Shown here: one piece after another, positions 38,786-50,269 of the stretch | How the letters are laid out: each line of letters begins with the position of its first letter | How positions within the stretch are numbered: the first letter of the stretch is position 1 | Program-made: the position numbers and the translations under genes | Assembly (NCBI RefSeq): GCF_018350175.1 | Contig: NC_058373.1 | Coordinates: 103,542,001-103,606,000 of the forward strand | DNA length: 64,000 nucleotides | DNA from: Felis catus | Lineage: Eukaryota | Reading direction: 5' to 3' | Notes under the pieces: generated by a model | The model's input: the letters and a program-made list of their open reading frames with translations, nothing else | Told to the model about the DNA's origin: nothing | Databases searched by the model: none

Positions 38786-38799
38786 AAAAGGTGGTTCTT

Positions 38800-39010
38800 G
38801 GGGTACCTGGGTGGCTTAGTTGGTTAAGCATCCAACTCTTGATTTTGGCTCAGGGCATGTTCCAGCAGTTTGTAAGTTCGAGCCCTGCATCAGGCTCTGC
38901 ACTGACAGCACAGAGCCTGCTTGGGATTCTCTCTGCCCTTCCAGAGTGCGCATGCACATGAGCGTGTCCTCACCCTCTCTCAAAATAAATAAACAAACAT
39001 GAAAAAAATA
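38800..39010 (+). mobile_element. Can-SINE in tandem with the previous copy, at the start of a MER5-like element
   Basis: Head GGGGTACCTGGGTGGC; MER5-like 'gaaatgcagaatctcagtccc..cagaatctg' downstream. Confidence 0.92.
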
Positions 39011-42000
39011 ATTCTTAAGGTGATCCTGAGACCATCTGCACCAACATCCTGTGGGAGCATTCCAGAAATGCAGAATCTCAGTCCCGCCTCCCCCGGACTT
39101 AGTGGTTCAGAATCTGGGAAGTGATATATTGATATATTAAAGTTCGGAGGCAGTGGTCATGAGCAATCTTGGCTACTTATGCCCCATAAGTTGTTGCTTT
39201 AGGAACATCTGTTTTATTCTCTTTTTCCTCAGAATTTCCCCCATCGGCACACACTTTTTTTTTTTTAAGAGCATAGTTGCAATTCTCCCTGCCCTTCTTA
39301 AAGGCCATGAAACCAGGACGAAAAGAGAACCAGGATCTCGTTCACAACTAAGTCTTTTGTCAGGTTTCCCGCCAGGTGCCCTGGCACAGCTGTTGATATT
39401 TAGTTACGTTCTGCACCAGCAATTCTAGCATTTGGGAAGTGAAATTCATTTTTCTCTCTCTGGCTTATGAAAGCCTGGGGCAAAGGAGGTGAAGAAAGGG
39501 GGAACTCGGAGGAAATCAGTATTGGAAGTATCAGGTGTGGCAGCGAGGTCAGACCGTTTCGGTTTAGGTCCCGGCGTTTTATTTAGGCCTTGGCAATCTA
39601 TCCCTTTAAACGGAGAAGAGAGAATTTCTTTAATAAGGCCACAGACAAAGGTTTGTAGTTCGAAGGGGCTCAACATTTGACTCACAAGCCCTTATATTGA
39701 GTTACACCTTAAACGGGGGTTGTATTATGCCCTATGTTTGGAATAATTACTCTCAGAAATGTTCAGGGGAGTCCTCTCAAGCATGATCTTCAGACACTTG
39801 TAATATTATTTGTCCCATTTAATAAGAAAACCATAGCCCCATGTAACCTTACATGAATGTATGATTTTCATTCAAGTGAGTCGCTTTAAGTCCTAGATCT
39901 CCTCTTTTACAAACCTGTTCTGCTTTTTGTTTTAGGCATGAAGAATAAAGACCTGCCTTTACTCCTGAACAGATTCAAAAACAAAATCCACTGAAGGAGA
40001 GGAATGAATTTGCAGATATTGGGAAACTCTGGAGTTTAAGGATTGTGGGTGACTTTGAAACAAATTGTATCATTCCTGAAAAGTTGCAGATTTACGCTAC
40101 ATAATGTTTGCATTTGGGAAAATTAATTATGATCCTAAGTCATGGGTCAGAAATATAATTAAAATGATTAGTGTCATAGGATAAAAATAAAAAGCAAGGC
40201 CTGTGACAGCTTCCCACATCCCCCCCCCCCCCAGCTCCCCAGAAAGGCTCTTAAAGGAACATTTAAAACACAAGTCTTTGTTCCCTCAATCTATGGTGCT
40301 CAGGTCAGGTGGACCCTGCGGCGTGGCTGAAATATTTCAAACAGTCACTCACAAATGTGTCATTTGACCTGCTGTTCTTCCAAAGAGGTATGAAAAATGT
40401 GTTTCTTGCTGAGATAACTTGAAATCAAATAAACATAATCTCTTTAATTCTTTCTAAATAGTTCCATATTTTAAGTCTAAACACAATAGAACACAAAGCT
40501 TCTAGCTTTAAAAAAAAAAAGTTTTTTTATTTTTTTACGTGTGTGTTGTTGGATGTTTTTTTTTCTTCCAGTTTGTGTTAGTTAGATTTTAAGAGTATAA
40601 TTTACATTTCAAACCAAGTGGATATATTCCCTTCAGTTTGGAGACACATACACAAAAGATAGTAACATTTTTACTTGGTTAAATGTGTACGTGTGCTTTC
40701 ATAGGAGTGCCATCTTTAAGCAAAGACAAGCATTCTTATTTATGTTAACCATCACTTGATAAACCAGAGGGACGTCTAAACCAAGGCTTGCAAAAAATGG
40801 AATGATGTTTCCCTATGTAAAATTGGTTCTGGTCCATTGTTTTTATTTAGATGCAATAATGGCACTCACTCAAGTTTGTAATAACACTGTCATGGCTGAA
40901 GGGAGTTTGTTTTAGGTATTATATCTATTATCTGCTTCCTCTCCCTTCTTTAAACAGAATCTCCAAGGAGAAAGTCTGGATGTGGCGTGGGTTTAAGAAG
41001 AAATGAAAAATCAAAAGCTTTCCTAAAACCTTATCGGCCGGGTAGGATGTTATTTTAGATTGTTTGAAGATTTTTAATGATTCTTGTTTGTTTGCCCTTG
41101 ACATTGAACATCGAGTAAAACAGAACTTGACTTATTCTTAGTGGAGAATTATAAGGCTCAGAGTCCTTGTATGATGTTATATTAATTTCCTTTGCTATTT
41201 TGAGGCAAGGCTAGCTAACCTTTTGCCCAGACAAGGAATATTTATTTATCTGGTGCTCCCTGGCCACGGAGAAATTGAGCCATTCGGAAGCATCCACTTT
41301 CCTTCACCACCACTAGAGTGTGCTCTACTGCTATAAGATTCAGAATGTTTTCTTCAGAAGGTTGGCAAGGTAAATGGATGAAATGCCTAGAAAAATTCTT
41401 TCCATCTAAATTGCGTAAGTGTCCCTTTAAGTGTCTTGGTAAGACTGGATTATGTTCATGGATTTGATTAAGGTGGAACTGAAGAATTTACCTTCAACAT
41501 TAACACATGCCAGTATTTGGCAAGAGTTCTTTTGTTTGTTTGTTTGTACTTCAATTAGCTCTAAGCACTGAGTTCCAGTGGGGTGGTAAGAAATATTATT
41601 TCCTCCTCCATCCACAAACTATATTTTCAGGCAATAACTCTTTCACCTTATTTATAAAATAGTGTGGCTGTGGCCCCAGTGCCTGGAGGCACAGTGGGGT
41701 GACCTGGGCTGAATGAACTCCTGGGTGTCAAATGCCCTTGGTCTCAAGTCCCTGGCAGAAGCCTCTGGCCTCAGGGCCGGCTCAGTGAGGGTCTGCATTG
41801 GAGGCTGCTCGTGCTGGAGGACAGCACGTGCTTCTTGTGCTTCTCAGTGTGGATCTAGCACCTTCTAGCAGCATCTCCTCATCCTTCAGCTCTCTGCTGG
41901 AACAGAGCTCTGTCTTTTGCTTTACTTCTCCCTGGGAAAGAGCAGATCATGGAGACTCTCTCTAGACGCTGTGGTCCCACAGTCCCCTTGTGCTTCCAGT

Positions 42001-42646
42001 GACGCACAGTCCTTTTGCCCTTGGCATCTAAATAACTGCCGACCCGATGTAATTTCCTTCTCCAAGCACCTGTCACTGTTGCTCCAGATAAGTCTGACAG
42101 GTTTTTGTCACTGGGACCACTTGTCTCCCTGAGATGTCTGAGACTCTCTGCTCAGGGTTCAGTGACCACAGTCTCTGCGGCTCACATTTTCCTTCTGACC
42201 AGAAGGCAGCCCAAGACCACTTTCACAGAAGTATGCCACTGGGTCTGCCTGGACACATGGAGGTTCAGCTCAGGTCCAGCTCTGGGGGCCACTCTGAAGC
42301 AGATTGGCCTGAGACGGACCAATCTGAGGTGGCCCAGTGTGCCAGGCTTCCTTTGCCCCGGTTGGGCCCGGAGGGCCCCCCGCCCCGGCACCTGTGTGGG
42401 ACTCCGTGCTGCCCTCTCCACATGAACCTTAGTTAGCTATGGAATAGAGAGCATCCCAACCCCCTTTTCAACTTGGCAGTGATGGTGAATCTCTTCAGTT
42501 GATGGTTTCTCTGGTACAATAGGGACACAAGCAGGTAGTTTGGGAGATTTCAGGGATACCTCCCATCCCTGTGCATAATAATCCCCACCTAGCCCCTTTC
42601 AAAGCCACTCCAAATAAAAGCAGAATCTAAATAAAAGTAGTGTTGT

Positions 42647-42784
42647 GGGCGCTGGGGTGGAGTTGGTTAAGCGTCCACTTCTTGATCTCAACTAAGGTCT
42701 TGATCTTATGGTCTGAGTTCAAGCCCTGCGTTGGGCTTCATGCTGGGTGTGGAGCTAAATAAACAAACAAATAAATAAATAAAG
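42647..42784 (+). mobile_element. Short Can-SINE lacking the CT region
   Basis: tRNA-like head 'gggcgctggggtgg..ggttaagcgtcc..gagttcaagccc' joined directly to an AAAT tail. Confidence 0.8.
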
Positions 42785-43546
42785 TGCACTTGCTATGTGA
42801 GCACAACTTTAAGCCTAGTCATATCATGAGAGGCCTCTCCAGCTTCCAACAGAGTCCCATCCACATGGACATCCATAAGCCATCTTTCCTCTGATGTGGG
42901 TCTGGGCAATCAGTCCTAGAGACTCCCCTCCCACAAACCCGGGCAGCCAGCCCCTACTGGATCTAGGCCTCCTGGGGGAACTGAGCACCATCCGTCTTGT
43001 TGCTGATCCCAAGATTCTACCAGGACCAGGACCGCCCCCCCCCCAAATGCCACTTTTGGACACCCCACAGGCTCCTAAGAACATTCATGGAGATAGTTTG
43101 TGTGATAACAAAGCCTCCAAGCTGATCCTGACTCTTCTCTTGAATTTCCTTCAGCCTCTGTGCTTGGCTGACTTACAGACAGTCTTTGGTCAGAAAAAAA
43201 CGACAGAAACCCAGGAATCTACTTCTCCCTTGAGCAGCAGCATGATCCTGTGTATGGAAATAACACAGGCCCCCAATTCTTCATCTTGTCAGTTGTAATT
43301 GTGTGATCAAGGGAGTTTCCCCAACTTTCTAGGTCTCAGTCTCCGTCTTGTTTGTTTGTTTGTTTGTTTGTTTAAATAAAGGAGAGGTGCTATGGGGAGC
43401 AGGCTCAGCATGGTATACCACTACTCCAAAAGTGACAACCAGTGTTACTAACTCAGGCAGAGATGTGGGCAAGCTGGATGCCTAACTGATCTGCTCATGG
43501 TTTACTCAATCACATTTGTCAAAACTACCTTTAAAAAGGAAGTCGT

Positions 43547-43772
43547 GGGCACGTGGGTGGCTCCATCAATTAAGCACCCAACTTCGGTTCAGGTCACAAT
43601 CTCACAGTTTGTGAGTTCAAGTCCTGTATCAGGACTTGCTGATACAGCTCTGCAGACAGCTCAGAGCCTGGAGCCTGCTTCAGATTCTGTGTCTCCCTCT
43701 CCCTCTGCCCCTCCCCTGCTTGTGCTCTGTCTCTGTCTCTCAAAAATAAATAAATGTTAAAAAAAAAAAAAA
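43547..43772 (+). mobile_element. Can-SINE
   Basis: Full body; TSD AAAAGGAAGTCGT. Confidence 0.95.
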
Positions 43773-45229
43773 AGGAAGTCGTTGTGTTATTCCTTCTTGG
43801 GTTTCTCTTACTTGCTGACCAAGCTGTAATTTCAAAGCAACAGAGGTCTGACAGACTTGAAAAGAGAAAGAGAATATTGAGAGTTGCACAAAAATAAGTA
43901 TTTTCCTACCACAATATTGACTTGCACCACTGAACATGCCATAATATGTCGGCTTTTAAAAATCATTGCAATTCTTTGACTGACATTTATTAAACATATG
44001 ACGGGAGAAGTTGGAGATATAAAAATGAAAAACAAAACAGTGGTTCCAATTTCTGAGCCTCTCCCATTCCACCTGGGCATAGAACCACACACCCAGGAAT
44101 TGTAAAGAGAGATTGTTAAATAGAATTTATTTTGCATAACTATAGTTACAGCTTATGATGACAAAAACTATTTGACAATCTCATGCCAAAACAAATGCAC
44201 TTATGTTTGGGAGTATTTCCCCTGAAAGCATTTTACTCTTTAAGCATAGTGGCAGGAATGTGAAATGTAGTGGGAGAACACTGGACTAGAGGGCCAGGTT
44301 CCAGCTCTGCCATCAGCCAGCTGTGTGGCTCAGGTGAGACACTTAACCTTCCTGGTGTCTGCCTCTCTATCAGTAAACGGAAGAGTTATGACTTTGTAAC
44401 TTTAGAGCTGTGAGCCCCAGATCACGCTAATCAACAGCATCATCTGCGAAGCTTTGAAAACGTGCAGATATCCAGACTCTACCTAGAACGGCTAACTAGA
44501 ATCTCCAGGGGTGGGCCCAGGAATCCACAGTTTTTAAAAGTTCTGCCACATGTTGCTGATGATCAACTGGTTTAAGGAATGCCTGGTAGAAAACTGGCCA
44601 CATCTGGTCTTTCTTTAACCCGCCTCTTTTCTCACCCTACGTAAAAAGATGTCTCTCAAATTTATTCCATTGCCTTCCCACTCCCTGTTCAGGGATTTCA
44701 TGACCCCACTCCTTTGCATCCGTGGCCTTAAACATACACCCCTGCTCCTCCTGTTTGCTCGGGTTCCTCCTCCACTGGGAACCCACGCCGTTCTTACTGT
44801 TTGGGTTCCTGTCCCTGCAGCTTCCCCATGGGTGGAGTCTCCTCTCAGGATGAGCCCGGCCCCTCTCACCCCACCGCCACCCCTCACACATCCACACACC
44901 CGAGCTCTGGGGCCAACCCTAGCACAGGACCAAGGCATTTCAAAAACTAACTCAAGGATTCAGTGTCAAATCAAGGAGTCCAAACAAGATAGTTGTCCAT
45001 CATGGGGGGCCTTGGGATGAAATGTGGGGATATGAACTCTTGGTCTACCATTTGCTGGTTGTGTGGCTTGGGCAAGGTACCTAACCTCTCCATAACTCCT
45101 TAAATTCATCTGTAAAATAGGAATAAAAATGGTTTCTAGCTCACAAGTTGCTGGGAGTGTAAAATGAGATCATGTGTTAACAGCTGACATTTTTGAGTGC
45201 TTATTATGCCGCAGGCAGAGTTTTTATTC

Positions 45230-46083
45230 ATTCATTTATTTTTTAATTTAAATCCAAGTTACTTAACATATAGTGTACTGATGATTTCAGGAATAGAATT
45301 TAGTGATGCATCACTTACATATGACACCCAGTGCTCATCCCAATAAGTGTCCTCCTTAATGCCCATCCCCCATTTAGCCCATCCCCCCCCAACACCCCAC
45401 CCGCACCCTCAGTTTGTTCTCTGTATTTAAGAGTCTCTTATGGTTTGTCTCCCTCTCTGTTTTTATCTTATGTTTGCTTCCTTTCCCATATGTTCATCTG
45501 TTTTGTTTCTTAAAGCCACAATGAGATATCGCTTCACACCTGTCAGAATGGCTAAAATTAAAGCCACAGCTGAGTGAAATCACGTGATATTTGTCTTTCT
45601 CTGAGTGATTTTTTTAATGTAGCATCATGCACTCTAGTTCCATCCACGTTGTTGCAAATGGGAAGATTTCATTCTTTTTGATCACTAAGTAATATTCCAC
45701 TGTATATATATGACACATCTTCCTCATCCATTCATTTGTGGATGGACATTTGGACTCTTCCTGTAATTTGGCTATTGTTGATAGTGCTGCTGTAAACATT
45801 GGGGTGCATGGGCCCCTTCGAATCAGCATTTTTGTATCCTTTGGATAAATACCTATTAGTGCAGTTGCTGGGTCGTAGGGTAGTTCTATTTTTAATTTTT
45901 TGAGGAAGCTCCATACTGTTTTCCAGAGCGGCTACATCAGTTTGCGTTCCCACCAGCAGTGCAAAAGAGATCCTCTCTCTCCCCGCATCCTCGCCAACAT
46001 CTGTTGCTGCCTGAGTTGTTAATTTTAGCCATTCTTACAGGTGTGAGATGATATCTCATTGTGGTTTTGATTTGTATTTCCCC
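45230..46083 (-). mobile_element. 5'-truncated carnivore L1 3' end inserted in a MIR
   Basis: Antisense ORF2 C-terminus (CTPMFTAALSTIAK..YTVEYY) and 3'UTR; diverged TSD CAGGCAG(A/T)GTT. Confidence 0.92.
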
Positions 46084-46489
46084 GCAACAGGCAGTGTTCT
46101 AAGAATTGTACATACATTAATACATTTCTCTGGTGGAGGACAGTCTCAACCCAGGCAGTTAAGCTCAAAATCCACAGTTTCAGCGACTACTCTATAATTT
46201 GCCTAACGTACTTGCTGAAGCATCCAGCATACGCTAAGAATTGAATACATATTTCAAGAAAATCCAGAATCTGGGCCCTTGCTTTGTAGGTGGTGACTAT
46301 TCCTTTATCTTGTGGTCCAATTTCCGCCAACTTCTGCATTATTCTCTATCCGAGACTCCATCTTACTGCCTTGTCTACTTACCCAGTTCCCCTAGAACTC
46401 AGCCACCTCCTAAGAGCTTCCTCTTATTAGGCCTTCCTTCCTGACCCCTTTGTCTTTAACCCCACATGATCTCTCTGCTCTTCTGCTGT

Positions 46490-46755
46490 TACCATGAGAA
46501 GGACAAGACTGTGCTAGCCTGATGGAAGATGGGAGACACGAAGAAGAGACATGTCAGACTAGTCCTCCCAGCCGAGGCCATCCTAGACCAGCTAACATCC
46601 AATGGATCCTCAGACCTGTGAGGAAACTCAGCCAAGATCAGCAGTTACCACACTGACTTCCCCATGGACAAACATAAACCCTTTTTGTTGTCTATTGCTG
46701 AGGTTTTATAGTGTTTTCTTACATAGCACTATTTATTGAAGCAATAGATGACTGC
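46490..46755 (+). mobile_element. MaLR LTR (MLT1-like) 3' part
   Basis: 'cccagccgaggccatcctagaccagc..cagccaagatcagcag..gcaatagatgactg'. Confidence 0.7.
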
Positions 46756-46763
46756 TATATAAA

Positions 46764-46961
46764 ATTTTTTTAACGTTTATATATTTTTAAGAGACAGAGC
46801 ATGAGTGGGGGAGGAGCAGAGAGAGAGAGGGAGACCCAGAATCTGAAGCAGGCTCCGAGCTGTCAGCACAGAGCCCGATGCGGGGCTTGAACTCATGAAC
46901 CGTAAGATCATGACCTGAGCCGAAGTCGGACACTTAACCAACTGAGCCACCCAGGAGCCCC
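46764..46961 (-). mobile_element. Can-SINE
   Basis: Full body; TSD TAGATGACTG. Confidence 0.94.
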
Positions 46962-46999
46962 TAGATGACTGGCACATAATGTGAAGTGATATCACATGG

Positions 47000-47560
47000 A
47001 TGCAATAAGATAAGCCAGAATGTGGGGAATTGTACAAGATACATAATCCAGTTTCTTCTCTTGTCCTGTAGAATTCCCCACATTCCAAAGGGAGAGATGT
47101 TACAGATTAAAGGAGACTTAAGAAACGTATGAGCCAAAGGCAATATCTGGATCTTCTATGAACCTCATTCAAACAAAGCCAGTATTAAAACAAAAACAAA
47201 CAAACAAACAAAAACACATTTATGAGACAACCAGGGAAATTTAACACTAATAGGACAGTTGATATTAAGAAATCATTGTTAAACTTTAGGTTTTACCACG
47301 GTAATATAGTTACGCTTAAAAAAAAAAAGAAAGAAACCATATCTCTGAGAAACACATACTGAAACATTTATGGATGACATGATATAATGTCTGGAATTTT
47401 CTTTAAAATAACCCAGTGAGGCAAAAAGTAAGGGAGGGTTATTGATGAAACAAGATTAGCCACGTATTGGTACGTGTTGAAGCTGGGTGACGGGTACTAG
47501 AGATTCAGTATACTATTCTCCATAGTTCTGTGTATGTTTGAAATTTTCCATAATAAAAAG
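47000..47560 (+). mobile_element. Old L1 (L1MC/ME-like) 3'UTR
   Basis: 'gaaacatttatggatga..atgtctggaatt..gttgaagctgggtga..tatgtttgaaattttccataataaaaa'. Confidence 0.8.
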
Positions 47561-47571
47561 TAAGAAGAAAA

Positions 47572-48700
47572 GGAGGAGCCAAGATGGCGGAACAGCATGG
47601 AAATTTTTTGTGTGTCTCGTGTCCACGAAATACAGCCAGACCCACACTAAACCATCCTGCACACCTAGAAAACTGATCTGAGGATTAACGCAACAACCTA
47701 CACAACCTGAACCACAGAACTCAGCAGGTACACGGCAGGGAGAAGTGAACTGGGGGAGAGAGAAGCCACGGAGGGCAGGAAACCGCTTTTGCATGGGGAG
47801 AGAGGACAGAGACAGGGGGAGAATACGGGAAAAGCACCCCCCCCCCTTTTGGGTGCTTTGCAGCTGGAGAGAAAATGGAAAAGTGGAAACAGCCGCAGGG
47901 ACTGAACTAAAAAGGGAGAAAGGAGAGAGTTTAAATTCCATTAACATTATAAACAAGGGGAGCGCAGAGTCTGAAACTCTGCAGCTCAATACCTGGCGGT
48001 GCTCTGGTGAGAAAGGTGAATCCCCAGGAGCAGAGTGGGGTCCGGGGTTCTTCAGGCCACACGGGGAGAGGCGGTTTCCCTGCTTCCCAGCAGGGGACAC
48101 CTGGTGGAGGCTGTGTGGGTGCCCCAAAGGCAAGGCCCCAGTGGACTCTGGAGAACAACCACATTCGCTGGCGCTGGAACAAGGTCGTTGGGGTTGAAGC
48201 CTGATGCCAGATGTGTTGTGATTTTCCATAATCCCTGAAACGCTGCTGCTACACTATCTCGTGAACTTTTTCTGGGGCGGGATGGCACCTGGTGTCAAGT
48301 CTCTGGTCTTCGGCAGCAGCATGGTCCCGCAAACGTTCCTGGGTGCGGCAGGCACCCGTCCATTGCTCGGTGAGACCCTCATGCAGAGGGGTGGAACGGG
48401 TCAAAGCCGCAGTCCCTCAGAAGTAAGGGGTCAGGAAAAACAGCCGCCTCTGAGACAAAACTCTGGAGGGAGGTGCTGCCTGGGGCTTGGTTACGGACTT
48501 TGTAAAAGCGGGGAGTGGACGAAAGCCGAAAACAAAAGACAGGTGCGCAACTGCTGATCAAGGTTCAGGACAGAGTTCAATACTAGAGGCTGGGTAACTG
48601 GTTGACGCCGTTTCCACCGCTCCCGCGCATGCGCATACGCACCTACAAGCGCCACAAACCCCCCCCCCAATAAGCTAAGTAGCGCCATCTCGTGGAGAAC
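47572..48700 (+). promoter_or_regulatory. L1 5'UTR internal promoter region, CpG-rich
   Basis: YY1 motif AAGATGGCGG at 47581 and NRF1-like GCGCATGCGCA at about 48625; L1 5'UTRs are known internal promoters. Confidence 0.65.
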
Positions 48701-49185
48701 AGAGCCGTTACACTAAACCCTGCCCAACTGCACCAACCTCACTCTTCAGAATGCAAGTCTCTCCACGTGCTTAGTTTATGGACTATAAACTGCTTCATAG
48801 GTTGACTTCTAAGAGAAAACGAAGTAATTTCGGTCATACTTCAGTCTGTTCGTGGGTCCATCTATCCAATTTTCTTTTTTTTATTTTTTCTCTTTTTCGT
48901 TTCTTTTCCTTGAATACGGAAAGAGAAAAAATTCATTTTTATTTTTAATTTTTATTCAAAATATTTTTCTTTAATTTTTTCTGCTATATTTTTTACTTTT
49001 GTGTAAATTTTTTTCAAATTCTATTTACTTCCATCATTTCATTTTAGTCTACTCCAGTGTATTCATTTTTTCAAATTTTTAAACAATTTCCTTTTTATTT
49101 CCTTTCCCCTTGTTTTCTCTAATCTATCAAGCCCCTTTCAACACCCAGACCAAAACCCACCTAGGATCTAGCATCATTTATTCGA

Positions 49186-49187
<2 letters not shown>

Positions 49188-49222
<35 letters not shown>
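49188..49222 (+). repeat. (GT)n microsatellite in the L1 5'UTR
   Basis: Direct reading of the sequence. Confidence 0.95.
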
Positions 49223-49224
<2 letters not shown>

Positions 49225-49290
49225 AATTTTTTAATTTTAGTTTTTTAATTTTAATTTTTTTACCTCATTAATTCCTTTTTTCCCTTCAAA

Positions 49291-50167
49291 ATGATGAAAC
49301 AAAGGAATTCACCCCAAAAGAAAGAGCAGGAAGAAATGGAAGCCAGGGACTTAACCAATACAGATAGAAGCAAGATGTCTGAACCAGAATTTAGAATCAC
49401 AATAAGGAGAATACTAGCTGGAGTAAAAAATAGATTAGAATCCCTTTCTGCGGAGATAAGAGAACTAAAAGCTAGTCAGGATAAAATAAAAAATGCTATA
49501 ACTGAGTTGAAATCTTGAATAAATGCCACGGCAGCAAGGATGGATGAGGCAGAACAGAGAAGCAGCGATATAGAGGACAAACTTATGGAGAATAATGAAG
49601 CAGAAAAAAAGAGGGAGATTAAGGCAAAAGAGCACGATTTAAGAATTAGAGAAATCAGTGACTCATTAAAAAGCAACAACATCGAAATCATAGGGGTCCC
49701 AGAAGAGGAAGAGAGAGAAATACAAGGGTTATGTGAGCAAATCACAGCGGAAAACTTTCCTAACCTGGGGAAAGATACAGATATCAAAATCCAGGAAGCA
49801 CAGAGGACTCCCATTAGATTCAACAAAAACCAACCATCAACAAGGCATATCATAGTCAAATTCACAAAATACTCAGGCAAGGAGAGAATCATGAAAGCAG
49901 CAAGGGAAAAAAAAATCCTTACCCTACAAGGGAAGACAGATCAGGTTTGCAGCCGACCCATCCACAGAAACTTGGCAGGCCAGAAAGGAGTGGCAGGATA
50001 TATTCAACGCGATGAACCAGAAAAATATGCAGCCAAGAATTCTTTATCCAGCAAGGCTGTCATTCAAAGTAGAAGGAGAGATAAAAAGTTTCCCAGATAA
50101 ACAAAAATTAAAGGAGTTTGTGACCACTAAACCAGCCCTGCAAGAAATTTTAAGGGGGACTCTCTGA
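49291..50167 (+). pseudogene. L1 ORF1p (RNA chaperone), disabled
   Basis: Coiled-coil, 'NIEIIGVPEEE', 'AENFPNL', 'IQEAQRTP' and 'RHIIVKF' motifs; in-frame TGA at 49516-49518 and a frameshift in the A-run near 49910. Confidence 0.95.
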
Positions 50168-50269
50168 GGGGAGAAAAGATGAAAAAATAAATATATAAAG
50201 ACCAAAAGCAATAAAGATTAGAAAGGACCAGAGGACACCACCAGAAACTCCAACTCTGCAAGTATCATA

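Noticed and set aside
42105..43298. GC-rich ORFs of 100-134 aa
   Set aside because: Pro/Arg-rich frames on both strands with no recognisable homology; expected by chance in GC-rich DNA.
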